Below are positions 28,158-38,600 of a stretch of DNA of 64,000 bases, piece by piece. The DNA is from a virus: the IMG/VR virus record IMGVR_UViG_3300047548_000785, positions 3,700-67,699 of that record. One strand, written 5' to 3'. The position numbers and the translations under genes were made by a program. Under the pieces are notes generated by a model. The model was not told the origin of the DNA. It did no database searches and was given only the letters and a program-made list of their open reading frames with translations. Within the stretch, counting starts at the first letter, position 1; the number at the start of each line of letters is the position of its first letter.

Positions 28158-29068
28158 TGGAAATTTTAAGAGTGCCACCATACCCAATCACAGCAACATG
28201 GGATGTACCAGAAGCGAATGCAGACTATGTAATTTACATCGAGGACTTGGTTGATCACTCATTTGAAAACATAGATATCACATCTGATGAAGATTCCCAA
28301 ATTCACTACATAATGCCACGAACTAAACTACAGTTCGATAGAGACTTTTTGTTTAGAGTTTATGATACATCTGGAGAAATCGTTATTGACTCAAACTTAA
28401 CCGTATATAGACCATATATTGATCCTAATATGCTTGGCACAACGCCAGCAGAGGTTGAGCAGTATAAAGAGCTAGAAATTGTGGCTAGGGGTATTGTGGA
28501 TTCTTATTTAGGATCGGCTGGAGGATTCTACAATCACAAACTTGTTATTCAGCAGGTAGGCCAGGGTACAGATTACTTCCCAATTTGGCATGATTCTAAC
28601 CGAGTACTTAAAGTTTATGAAAACAATGTGTTAGTATATGACTCAGAAACTCCAGATGACTGGGAGTTTACTTATGCCATTACCCTCGACAATAGTGCAA
28701 TTATAAGAAATTATACTGGTATTTGGAATAGAAGTGAGTCTAAGCCTATTTTGCCACCGAGAGCAATTGGAGACATTGGATTTTATGGTTATGGTGGAGT
28801 TACCTTCCCCAAAGGCTATGACTATACTTTTGTAATTGATGCTGGATATAAGGCTGTTCCACCCGATGTGGAGATTGCCATGAAGTATTTGATTAATGAC
28901 ATTGAATGTGGAAATAACGACTACTATAACCGTTTTATTACTCAATATAGTACAGATCAGTTTAGTATTAAGTTTGCATCACAATTCCTGGAGGGAACTG
29001 GTAATCTGGTTGTTGATAAAATTTTGAGTAATTATAAAGGTAATCAGTTTAAACCAGGAGTCTTATAA
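28157..29068 (+). CDS. Putative head-to-tail adaptor
   Basis: Position after the capsid gene; AGYKAVPPDVEIA and VDKILSNY adaptor-like segments. Confidence 0.7.
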   Translation: MEILRVPPYPITATWDVPEANADYVIYIEDLVDHSFENIDITSDEDSQIHYIMPRTKLQFDRDFLFRVYDTSGEIVIDSNLTVYRPYIDPNMLGTTPAEVEQYKELEIVARGIVDSYLGSAGGFYNHKLVIQQVGQGTDYFPIWHDSNRVLKVYENNVLVYDSETPDDWEFTYAITLDNSAIIRNYTGIWNRSESKPILPPRAIGDIGFYGYGGVTFPKGYDYTFVIDAGYKAVPPDVEIAMKYLINDIECGNNDYYNRFITQYSTDQFSIKFASQFLEGTGNLVVDKILSNYKGNQFKPGVL

Positions 29069-29514
29069 TGATTTGCGAATCCACTAATGTAATATACCCA
29101 CTTTTAGCAGATATTATGTATGCAGATGTTCAGCAAAGTGCTTATGGGCAAATTGCTAAAACATGGGAGCTAGATGCTACAATTGCATGTGGATTTGAAC
29201 CTGCAAATGCTAAGAATAAACCTGGTGTACAAACAAGTGTTGCAGTGACTTTGGACCACTCTCTAGTTGGACGTACTCGTAAAGATATTAGAATTACAAG
29301 TGAACAAGCTGCTAAATCTTTGACAAACATTATTATTACCAATATCCGCGATAGATTTAATAATCAGGTATATGTTGAAAGCTCTGGCCCACGTTCAGGT
29401 CAGCCTACACTATTTGAGGTAGCAACATGTGAGCCAATTATTGGTGCATTTGGTAAGGTGGAGTATTACAAAATTGTACTGAAACGTTCTGATAATCAGG
29501 GGGTAGATGTATGA
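29068..29514 (+). CDS. Putative head-to-tail stopper
   Basis: Synteny, size and beta-rich sequence. Confidence 0.6.
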   Translation: MICESTNVIYPLLADIMYADVQQSAYGQIAKTWELDATIACGFEPANAKNKPGVQTSVAVTLDHSLVGRTRKDIRITSEQAAKSLTNIIITNIRDRFNNQVYVESSGPRSGQPTLFEVATCEPIIGAFGKVEYYKIVLKRSDNQGVDV

Positions 29515-30176
29515 AAATAAAATTTGATGATCGTAAACTAATGAAAGATCTTAACAATATAGTTGCTTACTCTAATGGATTTTGTGAAGGTGTTGTATTG
29601 GGAAAGCCAAAGATGCTTAATAATCTAGGAGAGCTTATTAAAGATTTAGCTGGTGAATATATAGATGCCAATGCACGTATGAATCCAAAATCATTACACC
29701 ATGTTTATGAGTGGTATCAGGTTGGTAGCCCAGCAGCTAGACTTTTTGATATAAACTATTTGGTTTCTGGTAGAGGTTTGTCGTTCAACTCTACATTTAG
29801 ACAATCAACTACAGTTAAAGATGGGTCTAATAAACCATTTTATAATAAAGCAAACATTATGGAAAACGGAATTGGAGTAACTATTAGACCTATAGAGTCC
29901 AAGGTCCTTGCCTTCACTGTTGATGGTAAAGATGTATTTACACCAAATTCTGTTTTTGTTGATGAACCAGGAGGAAATGTTCAGGGAGAATTTTATGAAG
30001 CATTTAAAAGTTTTTTTCTTACATATCTTTCGCAAGCTTTCTTAGATGTTAGTGGTTTATCCCAAAACATTAAAAACCCTGTAACTTTTAAAACTAATAT
30101 GCGAGCAGGTGCTAACGGTGGTAGAAGTGTTGGTATTAGGGTTGGAACAGAATGGATTTCGAAGGTAGGTAAATAA
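29511..30176 (+). CDS. Putative neck/tail completion protein
   Basis: Synteny; IRPxxSKVLAF motif seen in HK97 gp10-like proteins. Confidence 0.55.
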   Translation: MKIKFDDRKLMKDLNNIVAYSNGFCEGVVLGKPKMLNNLGELIKDLAGEYIDANARMNPKSLHHVYEWYQVGSPAARLFDINYLVSGRGLSFNSTFRQSTTVKDGSNKPFYNKANIMENGIGVTIRPIESKVLAFTVDGKDVFTPNSVFVDEPGGNVQGEFYEAFKSFFLTYLSQAFLDVSGLSQNIKNPVTFKTNMRAGANGGRSVGIRVGTEWISKVGK

Positions 30177-30178
30177 TT

Positions 30179-30745
30179 ATGGCAATAACATATCCCCCAG
30201 TTTTTATTAACGAATACTTGGCAGAAAAGGTAACAGAACTAATTCCAGATCGTTTTTATGGTCCTTTTAGGTTTTTCCCAACATTACCCACAGATCTAAC
30301 AGCAATGACTGAGAGCTTTCCAGAAGCATCTAACGATGTTTTCGCGGTATTTGACAGAATGTTTAGAATGAGAAGAACAGCTTTCCCACATATAAAAGAA
30401 GAGCAGGTAATATATACATTTTATAAAATGAATAGCGACATAGAAGCTCTCATGGAAACAGTTCAGATTGTTAGTGAGCTGCTAGACCGCACCGATGAAT
30501 CTGCACAAGAAATTAATGCTTGGCTCGAATCTAAAATAGTCAATGGTGTTGTCACTTTTGGATCTGGTTCTTTAGCAAGAGAGTTTAATCCAGTTTTCTT
30601 TCATGAACTTAAAATATATCAACTCGAAGAAACAAGTGACCTAATGCCTTTTGAAACAGTGCGAACACACAGTGCTAGCAAAATTGTTATTAGCTATAAA
30701 TACCATGCCGAACAACGCTCTTTTCACGAAGAGATAAATTCATAA
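30179..30745 (+). CDS. Putative tail terminator
   Basis: Immediately before the major tail gene; size consistent. Function from synteny only. Confidence 0.55.
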   Translation: MAITYPPVFINEYLAEKVTELIPDRFYGPFRFFPTLPTDLTAMTESFPEASNDVFAVFDRMFRMRRTAFPHIKEEQVIYTFYKMNSDIEALMETVQIVSELLDRTDESAQEINAWLESKIVNGVVTFGSGSLAREFNPVFFHELKIYQLEETSDLMPFETVRTHSASKIVISYKYHAEQRSFHEEINS

Positions 30746-30818
30746 TTGTAATAAACGGCTGATATAATTAAAGCGAGGAAACACGCCCATTAATCCATAG
30801 AAAAATGAGGTGAAAAAT

Positions 30819-31469
30819 ATGGCATATTCAAGAGGTTCAAGCACTAACATTATCGTCGGTGCAGCTGCTCTATTTACTTATGAGGGCGGAGAGCTATCAG
30901 ATGCAGATCTTCCAGATCTCGCAACTACTGATGCCAGTCGTTCAGCGAGAGAAGCACTCACTGACGACGCAGCATTCCGTAACGTAGGTTACACATCAAA
31001 CGGTCTCGAACTACAATTCCAGCCTGACTTCGGTGAGGTTAGCGTTGACCAGATTCTCGACGTTGCAAAACTCTTCAAGCAAGGTATGCAGGTTAACCTA
31101 AATACCGCGTTTGCAGAAGCAACACTTGAGAACTTGCTTTTCGCAATCGCTGGTTCAGACAGCCAACTTTACACAGGTACAGGTAACCAATGGGGTGGCG
31201 AGCAGGTCCTAGACCTAACCGCTGGTAATATTGGTGAATGTCCAGTAGAGCGTGGTCTTGTTGCAGTTGGTCCAGGTACAGGTGACTGTGCACTAGGATC
31301 CAGCATCGAGCGTATCTATGTAGCATACCGTGCACTTTCAATTGAAAGCGTTACTGTATCTGCAAAGCGTGACGAAGCAACAATGTTTGAGGTATCCTTC
31401 CGTCTACTACCAAATGACGCAGGATCCTACGGTAAGATTGTTGACCGCACTATCACTCCTGCATCCTAG
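30819..31469 (+). CDS. Major tail (tube) protein
   Basis: NIIVGAA, VGYTSNGLEL, VDQ, AEATLENL; GAGGTGA RBS; followed by a terminator. Confidence 0.88.
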   Translation: MAYSRGSSTNIIVGAAALFTYEGGELSDADLPDLATTDASRSAREALTDDAAFRNVGYTSNGLELQFQPDFGEVSVDQILDVAKLFKQGMQVNLNTAFAEATLENLLFAIAGSDSQLYTGTGNQWGGEQVLDLTAGNIGECPVERGLVAVGPGTGDCALGSSIERIYVAYRALSIESVTVSAKRDEATMFEVSFRLLPNDAGSYGKIVDRTITPAS

Positions 31470-31499
31470 TATGTAGAGGTAATAACTTAATAATAGATT

Positions 31500-31531
31500 G
31501 GCCTAGGCATAAACTCCTAGGCCTTTCTGTT
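31500..31531 (+). terminator. Terminator after the major tail gene
   Basis: GGCCTAGG-N8-CCTAGGCC followed by TTTCTGTT. Confidence 0.7.
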
Positions 31532-31545
31532 GCTATAATAGAATG

Positions 31546-32235
31546 ATGGCAACTAAAGTTTATGAAACAAAATATATTACATTATTAGATAATGCTTCTA
31601 TTTGTTTGACACCATTAAAAATAAAATATTTAAGAGAATTCATGGTAGAGTTTGAAAAACTTAGAGATGCCACATCTAATGAAGAGACTATCGAACAACT
31701 AGCTTATTGTGCTTTAATATGTATGAAACAGTTTAGGCCAGACATTGTTTCCTTAGAACAACTTGAAGACATTACCGATATAGAATTGCTTTATGACATT
31801 ATTGAGTTTTCTGCTGGTGTTAAACTTAGACAGCAACCAGAGATAAAGGAAGAGTCAGAATCAAAAGAACAAGAAGGTGATGTTTGGGAATCGCTAGATC
31901 TTGCCAAATTAGAGGCAGAAGTTTTTATTTTGGGTATATGGAAAGATTACGACGAGCTAGAAACATCACTGTCAATGCCCGAATTAGTAACAACGTTGAG
32001 TGCAAGACGAGAACTAGATTATGAAGAAAAGAAATTCTTAGCCGCCATGCAGGGGGTAGATCTTGACAAGAGTTCTGGTAAAGAAGAAAAGAATGCCTGG
32101 GAGGAAATGAAGGCAAGAGTGTTTAGTAACGGACAGGCAGCCAGCTCAGACGACGTTCTTGCTTTACAGGGTGTTAATGCTCAAAAAGCTGGTTTTGGTA
32201 TTGGAATGGGCCTTGACTACCAAAAAATTAGCTAA
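31546..32235 (+). CDS. Tail assembly chaperone, long (GT-like) form
   Basis: First ~95 aa align with 32288..32605; C-terminal extension with W...ELE..LSMPEL. Confidence 0.75.
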   Translation: MATKVYETKYITLLDNASICLTPLKIKYLREFMVEFEKLRDATSNEETIEQLAYCALICMKQFRPDIVSLEQLEDITDIELLYDIIEFSAGVKLRQQPEIKEESESKEQEGDVWESLDLAKLEAEVFILGIWKDYDELETSLSMPELVTTLSARRELDYEEKKFLAAMQGVDLDKSSGKEEKNAWEEMKARVFSNGQAASSDDVLALQGVNAQKAGFGIGMGLDYQKIS

Positions 32236-32287
32236 TTTAATAATGTCTTGTGTTATAATTGAATGAAACCTTTAAAGGAGGAAGTAA

Positions 32288-32605
32288 ATGGCAACAAATG
32301 TCAACGAACCAGTTACCGTCGAATTGATTGATGGAACAACTGTACAAATCAGACCGCTAAAAATTTCACTACTTAAATCATTTATGAATAAGTTTGGTGA
32401 CATTGCCGCTGTCGCAGAAAATAATGATAAGTCAATGGAAATTCTTATGGAGTGTGTTCAAATCGCTATGAGACAATATAAGCCAGAAATCGCTGAAGAT
32501 CTTAAAGCTCTTGAAGACAATCTTGATCTTCCAACAGTTTACAAAATCATTGAAGGTGCCGCTGGCGTGAAGCTCTCTGATGTTTCTAGCTCAATCATGG
32601 CATAA
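32288..32605 (+). CDS. Tail assembly chaperone, short (G-like) form
   Basis: Directly before the tape measure; AAAGGAGG RBS; paralog of the previous N-terminus. Confidence 0.78.
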   Translation: MATNVNEPVTVELIDGTTVQIRPLKISLLKSFMNKFGDIAAVAENNDKSMEILMECVQIAMRQYKPEIAEDLKALEDNLDLPTVYKIIEGAAGVKLSDVSSSIMA

Positions 32606-32631
32606 TTTATAAACAAAAGAGGTACTAATGA

Positions 32632-35600
32632 ATGAGTGATATTGAATCCAATATTAATATTAATATTGACACCAGCAATGCTTTAGCAAATCTAAAAGCA
32701 TTACAGAGACAAATATCGCTCTTTCATACCTCCATGGCTAAAGGTGGTGCAGCCACCAATGCCGAGCTTGCTAGATTGCAGCAAAATCTTATCAATGGTA
32801 TTAACGCCACTGGTAACTTTGCTGCATCTATGCAAACTGTTCGTACCACCACCGAAACATTTACCAATGCATTAGAAAAGAACAAACTCTCGATGGGAGA
32901 GTATTTTAGATATGCTGGTAGTCAGGTAGGTGGCTTTAGACGACTATTCTCTAGCGAATTTGACACAATTGAAAAGGTAGCTAGAGAAAGAGTTAAAACA
33001 CTACAAACTCAATATATTAAGATGGGGCGTGATGCCAATGGTGCTATGCAGGCCATTGCTGTCAGGCCCCTATCTCTTGATATGCAAAATCTGGGAACAC
33101 AAACAGCAATCGCTGCCCAAAAACAACAAATCTTCAACCAGTTAATCAAACAAGGTTCTACAAACCTTCTTAACTTTGGTAAGAACACTCAGTGGGCTGG
33201 TCGCCAGCTTATGGTTGGTTTTACTATTCCATTATCAATTTTTGGTGCCACGGCTGCTCGTGAGTTTATGAAGATTGAGGAACAAACCCTTAAGTTCCAA
33301 AGAGTTTATGGCGACATGTCTACGCCAATCGAAGAAACTAATAAGATGGCCGATGCTATCAAGAACCTTTCTGGCGAATTTACACAGTATGGTATTGCTG
33401 TCGAAAAGACAATGGGGCTGGCTGCAGATATTGCTGCTATGGGTGAGCAAGGTGAAGATCTTCTTGCGTCTGTTCAAGAAACAACCAGACTATCAGTTCT
33501 TGGTGGGGTAGAGCAACAACAAGCACTAGAAGCTGTTACATCACTAACCAATGCATTTGGTGTATCTACTGAACAACTATCTGGAAAAATTAACTTTTTA
33601 AACTCTGTTGAAAACCAAACAATTACATCTATTGAAGATTTAACAGAGGCTATTCCCAAGGCTGGTCCAGTTGTACAACAGCTTGGTGGAGACCTTGAAG
33701 ATCTAACATTCTTCCTCACTGCTATGCGTGAGGGTGGAATTAATGCGTCAGAATCTGCCAACGCTCTCAAATCTGGTTTAGCATCTATGATTAACCCAAC
33801 CCAAGAGGCAAAAGATATGCTTATGGGACTTGGCATTAATCTAGAAGCAATTGTTAATGCAAATAGAGGAAACCCGTCTGCCTTTGTTGTTCAGTTTGCA
33901 CAAGCACTTGATACCCTAGATCCAACAGATAGAGCAAGAGCAATTGAACAGCTATTTGGTAAATTCCAGTTTGCTCGTATGTCTACACTATTCCAAAACG
34001 TAATTGCCGAGGGTAGCCAGGCACAAAGAGTTCTTGGACTTACTCAAGCCACTGCAGAAGAATTAGCAGTACTTGCAGATAGAGAAATGAAGCGTATTTC
34101 AGAATCTCCAATGTATAAGTTTAAAAAAGCTTGGGAGGATATGAAAGCTGCTCTGGCACCAGTTGGTGAGCAATTCCTTAAGGCTATTACTCCAATTATT
34201 GAATTTGGAACACAAATTTTAAATAAGTTTAACGAAATGAATGATGGTGCAAAAAGCTTTGTCATCATCTTAACTACAGCAGTAGCTGGAATTGGGCCAG
34301 TGCTACTGATGACATTTGGTTTGATAGCCAACGGTGTTGCAAACATTATTAAAGCTTTTGCTGCAATGAGCAATTTCTTTAATAGAGCTGGAAATTCTTC
34401 ACAAGTACTTGGTGAACAAACTAACTACATGACTCAGCAACAACTAGAGGCTGCGGCAGTAGCAGCATCTCTAAATCAAACGCACACTCAGCTAACTCAA
34501 ACATTTACATCAGAAGCCAGTGCTGTTAAGAGATTGTCTGCAGAGTATGAAAGGGCCGTTGCGGCCCAAGCTTTAATGCGTGGCCCAATCGTTTCTGGAG
34601 GCACCACTAAACGACCTAAGAAATACGCTAAGGGTGTTACGATGGTTCCAGGCAATGGCAATCGTGATACTGAGCCAGCAATGCTTACACCTGGAGAAGC
34701 AGTTATTCCAGCACCCATGGTTGAAAAATATGGTCCACTAATTGAGGGTATGATTGCAGGTTCGATTCCTGGCTATAACGGTGGCACTATGTCTGTAGGG
34801 CAAGCCAAGGATATCTCTGGACTTTATAGAGCACCAAGTGCCATTAAAGCACAAACACAAAAGATTGTCTGGGACACTCTAGAAGCAGAAATTAAGGCTA
34901 TTGAAGCTGCAGTTAAGGGTGCACCAGGAGTAACACAGTCAAAGATTAATAACCTCACACAAAAACAAGCTTCTCACATTGCACCAGATATTCAGCAAAT
35001 GCAAGCAGGTGGTCAAAACATTAATGTTAAAAATTGGAAGGCTGGAAACCTACAGGCTGATCTTGGTGGAATAAATAACTACCTTAATTCACTTGGTGAA
35101 AATTCTAAAGTCCTTGAAAACTTTAAGTCCTCACATATTGATGTTGCTGCCAAAGAACTGGGTATGTCTATGGCTGAAGTTGAAAAAGAATTAGATCTGT
35201 TAAAAAAGGGTATCCACCCAACTACCCGATCTGCTGGTAAGGTTTTGCAAAGGGTTGCAGCAACAGATCCTGGATACCAAGGCAAAGCTGTTAGTGCGGC
35301 AATGGGCGAAAGACTCAAGGGAAACTACTATGAAACATTAGCACAAAGATCATATGATCCTAAAAAAGATGAAGTTGTAGCTAAACAGGTTAAAACAAGA
35401 ATTGTTAAAATGCAAACCCTTTTGAATAATGCTGTAAGCGAGGGTGTCAATGAAGCTGCACAAAGTAAATCTCCGTCTCAACGTGCCAAAAAAGCTGGTA
35501 AAAATATTTCTGACGGAACAATTATTGGCATTAACGAGGGCATAGATGATGCTAAACGAGCAGGTCAGCGTATTGGTATGGCAGCAACAAGTGGTATGGT

Positions 35601-38600
35601 GTCAGCCACTGGGGTTGCTGCTGGTGCTCAAACGGTAGACGAAAATGGTAACGTTATCATGGCTGGTGGAAGCCAGGCAGATCAAGATGACGACAAAAAG
35701 AAAAAGCCTAGATCTAAGTTTAGCAAAATGGCAGGTAAAGCAAGTGCTGCAGGTTTTATTGCAACGGGGGCAGTTTCAGCAGCATCTATGGCAGGAGGAC
35801 CTGTTGGAGATATAGCAGGACAGTTATCTGGACCTCTTATGGCAATTTCATCCGTAGGATCTTTGTTCACCATGATGCCTCCACAAATTGCTGCAGTTGT
35901 TGCCGCTATAGCATTACTAGTTATTGCAGCAACAGCATTGGTTGATGCATTTAATAAGTCTAGGGATGCAGCGATTGAACAGGTTAAAGCTACACAAGCT
36001 AGCAAAAAGTCGCTACAAGATTTTGCTGAGTTTAGCGGTAAGGCTACAGCAGGTGAGATTAGGGACAAGCAGCGAGAAGCACAAATGGCTACTCCTGGAT
36101 TGGGAACAGGACAAAATACATTTGGTGCCAGCTTCCTTGAAAGTGATCCAGGAAAGGCTATGGCTCAAAGTGTTCAGGATGCACTTAAAAAGGGCGGTAG
36201 AGAGGCTGCTCAATCAGACTTAACAAATCAATTAGCTAATGCTGTATCCAGTGGAGTACTAACAGCTTTAGAGGCAAAGTCTATAGCAGCCAACATTGCT
36301 GGTGAACTAAAAGATCTTGATTTTGGTATTTCCGTAAACGGTAAGCTAGATGAACTACTTGGTCCAAATGGTGAAAACCTAAAGAATGATCCAATTAACG
36401 TTAGATTAAAAATTCAAGAACAAAGTAGGCGAGAGATGCAAAAAGCTCTTAACGACCTCACTCTTGATGGCCTTATCGAAGATGTGGATAAAGTTGCACT
36501 AGGACTTTCATTAACACCATTTGCTCCAACCCAAATTACAGGTTCAATCATGCTTTTAGTTGGCCAAATTGAAAGATTGGGTAGAGTTGGCGGTGCAGCC
36601 GCAGCACAAATGCAAACCATGTTTGAGGTTACCCAGGAACAGGTTGACGCACTTGAGCTTGATTATCAAAAGAGAATTGAAATTGCTAGAGCTGCAGGAA
36701 ATATAACTAACGCACAAGAACTTGAGTTAGAGCTTATGCAAGCTAAGAATAAGCTCATACAAGAACAGTCAGAAGCAACAGCAGAACTTCAGATGGCATA
36801 TCAAAGTGCTGGGTTTATGCAACAAGGAGCCATGACAAGCGGTGCAATTAAGTCTGTAGAAATGGCATATAAGGGTACTCCAGAAGAAGAGCTTGCAAAA
36901 CAAGCTAAGGATGCCATTATTAATCAGCAGGGTATTGGAAACTCTATGGAGTTTATCCTTCTTGGAAAACTTGCTACCAAGGATATTTCACCAGTACAAT
37001 TCATCACCTTGATGGAAGACTTTAAAGACCCTCAAAATCTTAACAAGGTTCTTAATACTTTGGTTAACCTCGATGCTGCATCTGCAGATCAGGTTATGTA
37101 TCTGATGGAACAGTTTGGTGATAATGAAGAAGTTAAGATGAAGTTTAATACCATGATCACAACTGATGCTAATGGTAAACCATTAACTGCTGCAGAGACT
37201 CAAGAATATATTGAGCAATTTGCGAATATTAGTCAACTGCAAAACGTTGTAGACGTAAAAGCAGTTATGACATTCTATGTAGAAAATCCAGAAAAATTTG
37301 ATCAGGTTCAGTCAAAAATTGATGCACTGAATGAAATGCCAGATGCAAACTTTACAGCATATGCTAATGCGGTTGGCCTAGAAGAACTTGCTGGAATGAA
37401 CGATCTTGCTGCTCAATTTAGTAGCTTACCAGCATCTGAATCTAAAGATTTTGTTAGTAATGTTTTAACTATATATGAAACTAGAGGAACCCCAGCATTC
37501 CAGAAAAACTTAGCAGCACAAAATGCAGCAGGATTTAAAGGTGGTAAGGGTACGGCCATGGACTTTGCTATTGCATCCGCCACAAAGTCTACAAATGAAG
37601 CTATACGTGCTAGAAACGCAGCTAAAACAGCTAAGTTTAACGAAGAAATGGCTGCCTACAATGAATCTGGTGGCGGCGGCGGTGGCGGCGGCGGTGGCGG
37701 AGAGCCTATCAAGGTCAAGACTTTGGACAATATTCTTAAGAAAATGCGAGACCTCCGATCTATAACTACTGCTGTAACAGATGGATGGAATGCTTCTCGT
37801 AATGCTTTGGACGGCATGTTCGGTAGTGGTGTTGCAGGATTTAATGGTTTGCAAAATCAAATGCGTAAACTCGGTGCAGGAGAAGACCTGATTAGCCTAA
37901 TTGCAGGTATGGATCCAGAAGAGTATGAACGTCGCAAGAATGAACTATTTAACTTTGATGCGTCTGGAAACATTACTAGCTTTAAGCAGGGCTTGGCATC
38001 AATCGCTGCTGGTTTAAGAGCAATTGCACTTGGAGAATTTAACAATAAGCAAGAAGCTACAATTAAATCGTTTAATGATCAAAACGTTGCAATTAAAAAA
38101 TTGGTTGCTAACGGAATGAGTTATGCAGATGCTTTAAAGGTTGTAGAAGATACAGAACTTGCGGCAGCAATTGCTCGTGAGGGTAACAATGAAACAATTA
38201 AAGAACTTATCAAGAATACAGAAAAGGCTACAGAGGCAACCAAGGCTCTTGCAGCTGCTCAAGCTGTTGCTGGTCAAAACAAGGACTACGTAAACCAACA
38301 AAAACTTTTAGCTTCACTACAAGAAAATCCACTAGGACTTAACAGTGATGCAATTAGTGCAATCCTAGAAGACTCAAACCTTCAAACCCTATATCAAGAC
38401 CTTTTAAGTAACCCAAGTGTAGATCCACAAATTCTAGAAGACGCACTAAATAATGCAATGAATAAGGCCGATACTCAGCTAGCTATTGATAAGTTAACTT
38501 TGCCAGGAATGGAAAAGATTTTTAACGATGGATTTAATAAGGCAATGGAAGCCTTCTCAGCACAAGAAGAAGCAATTACCCTTGAATTTAATATCAAGAA

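Noticed and set aside
31546-32605. Programmed frameshift between the chaperone genes
   Set aside because: The genes are separated by 52 nt containing a promoter box and RBS, and the long form is already a single reading frame.
37669-37701. GGC/GGT repeat as a phase-variation tract
   Set aside because: It is an in-frame Gly11 linker; slippage by triplets would not change the frame.
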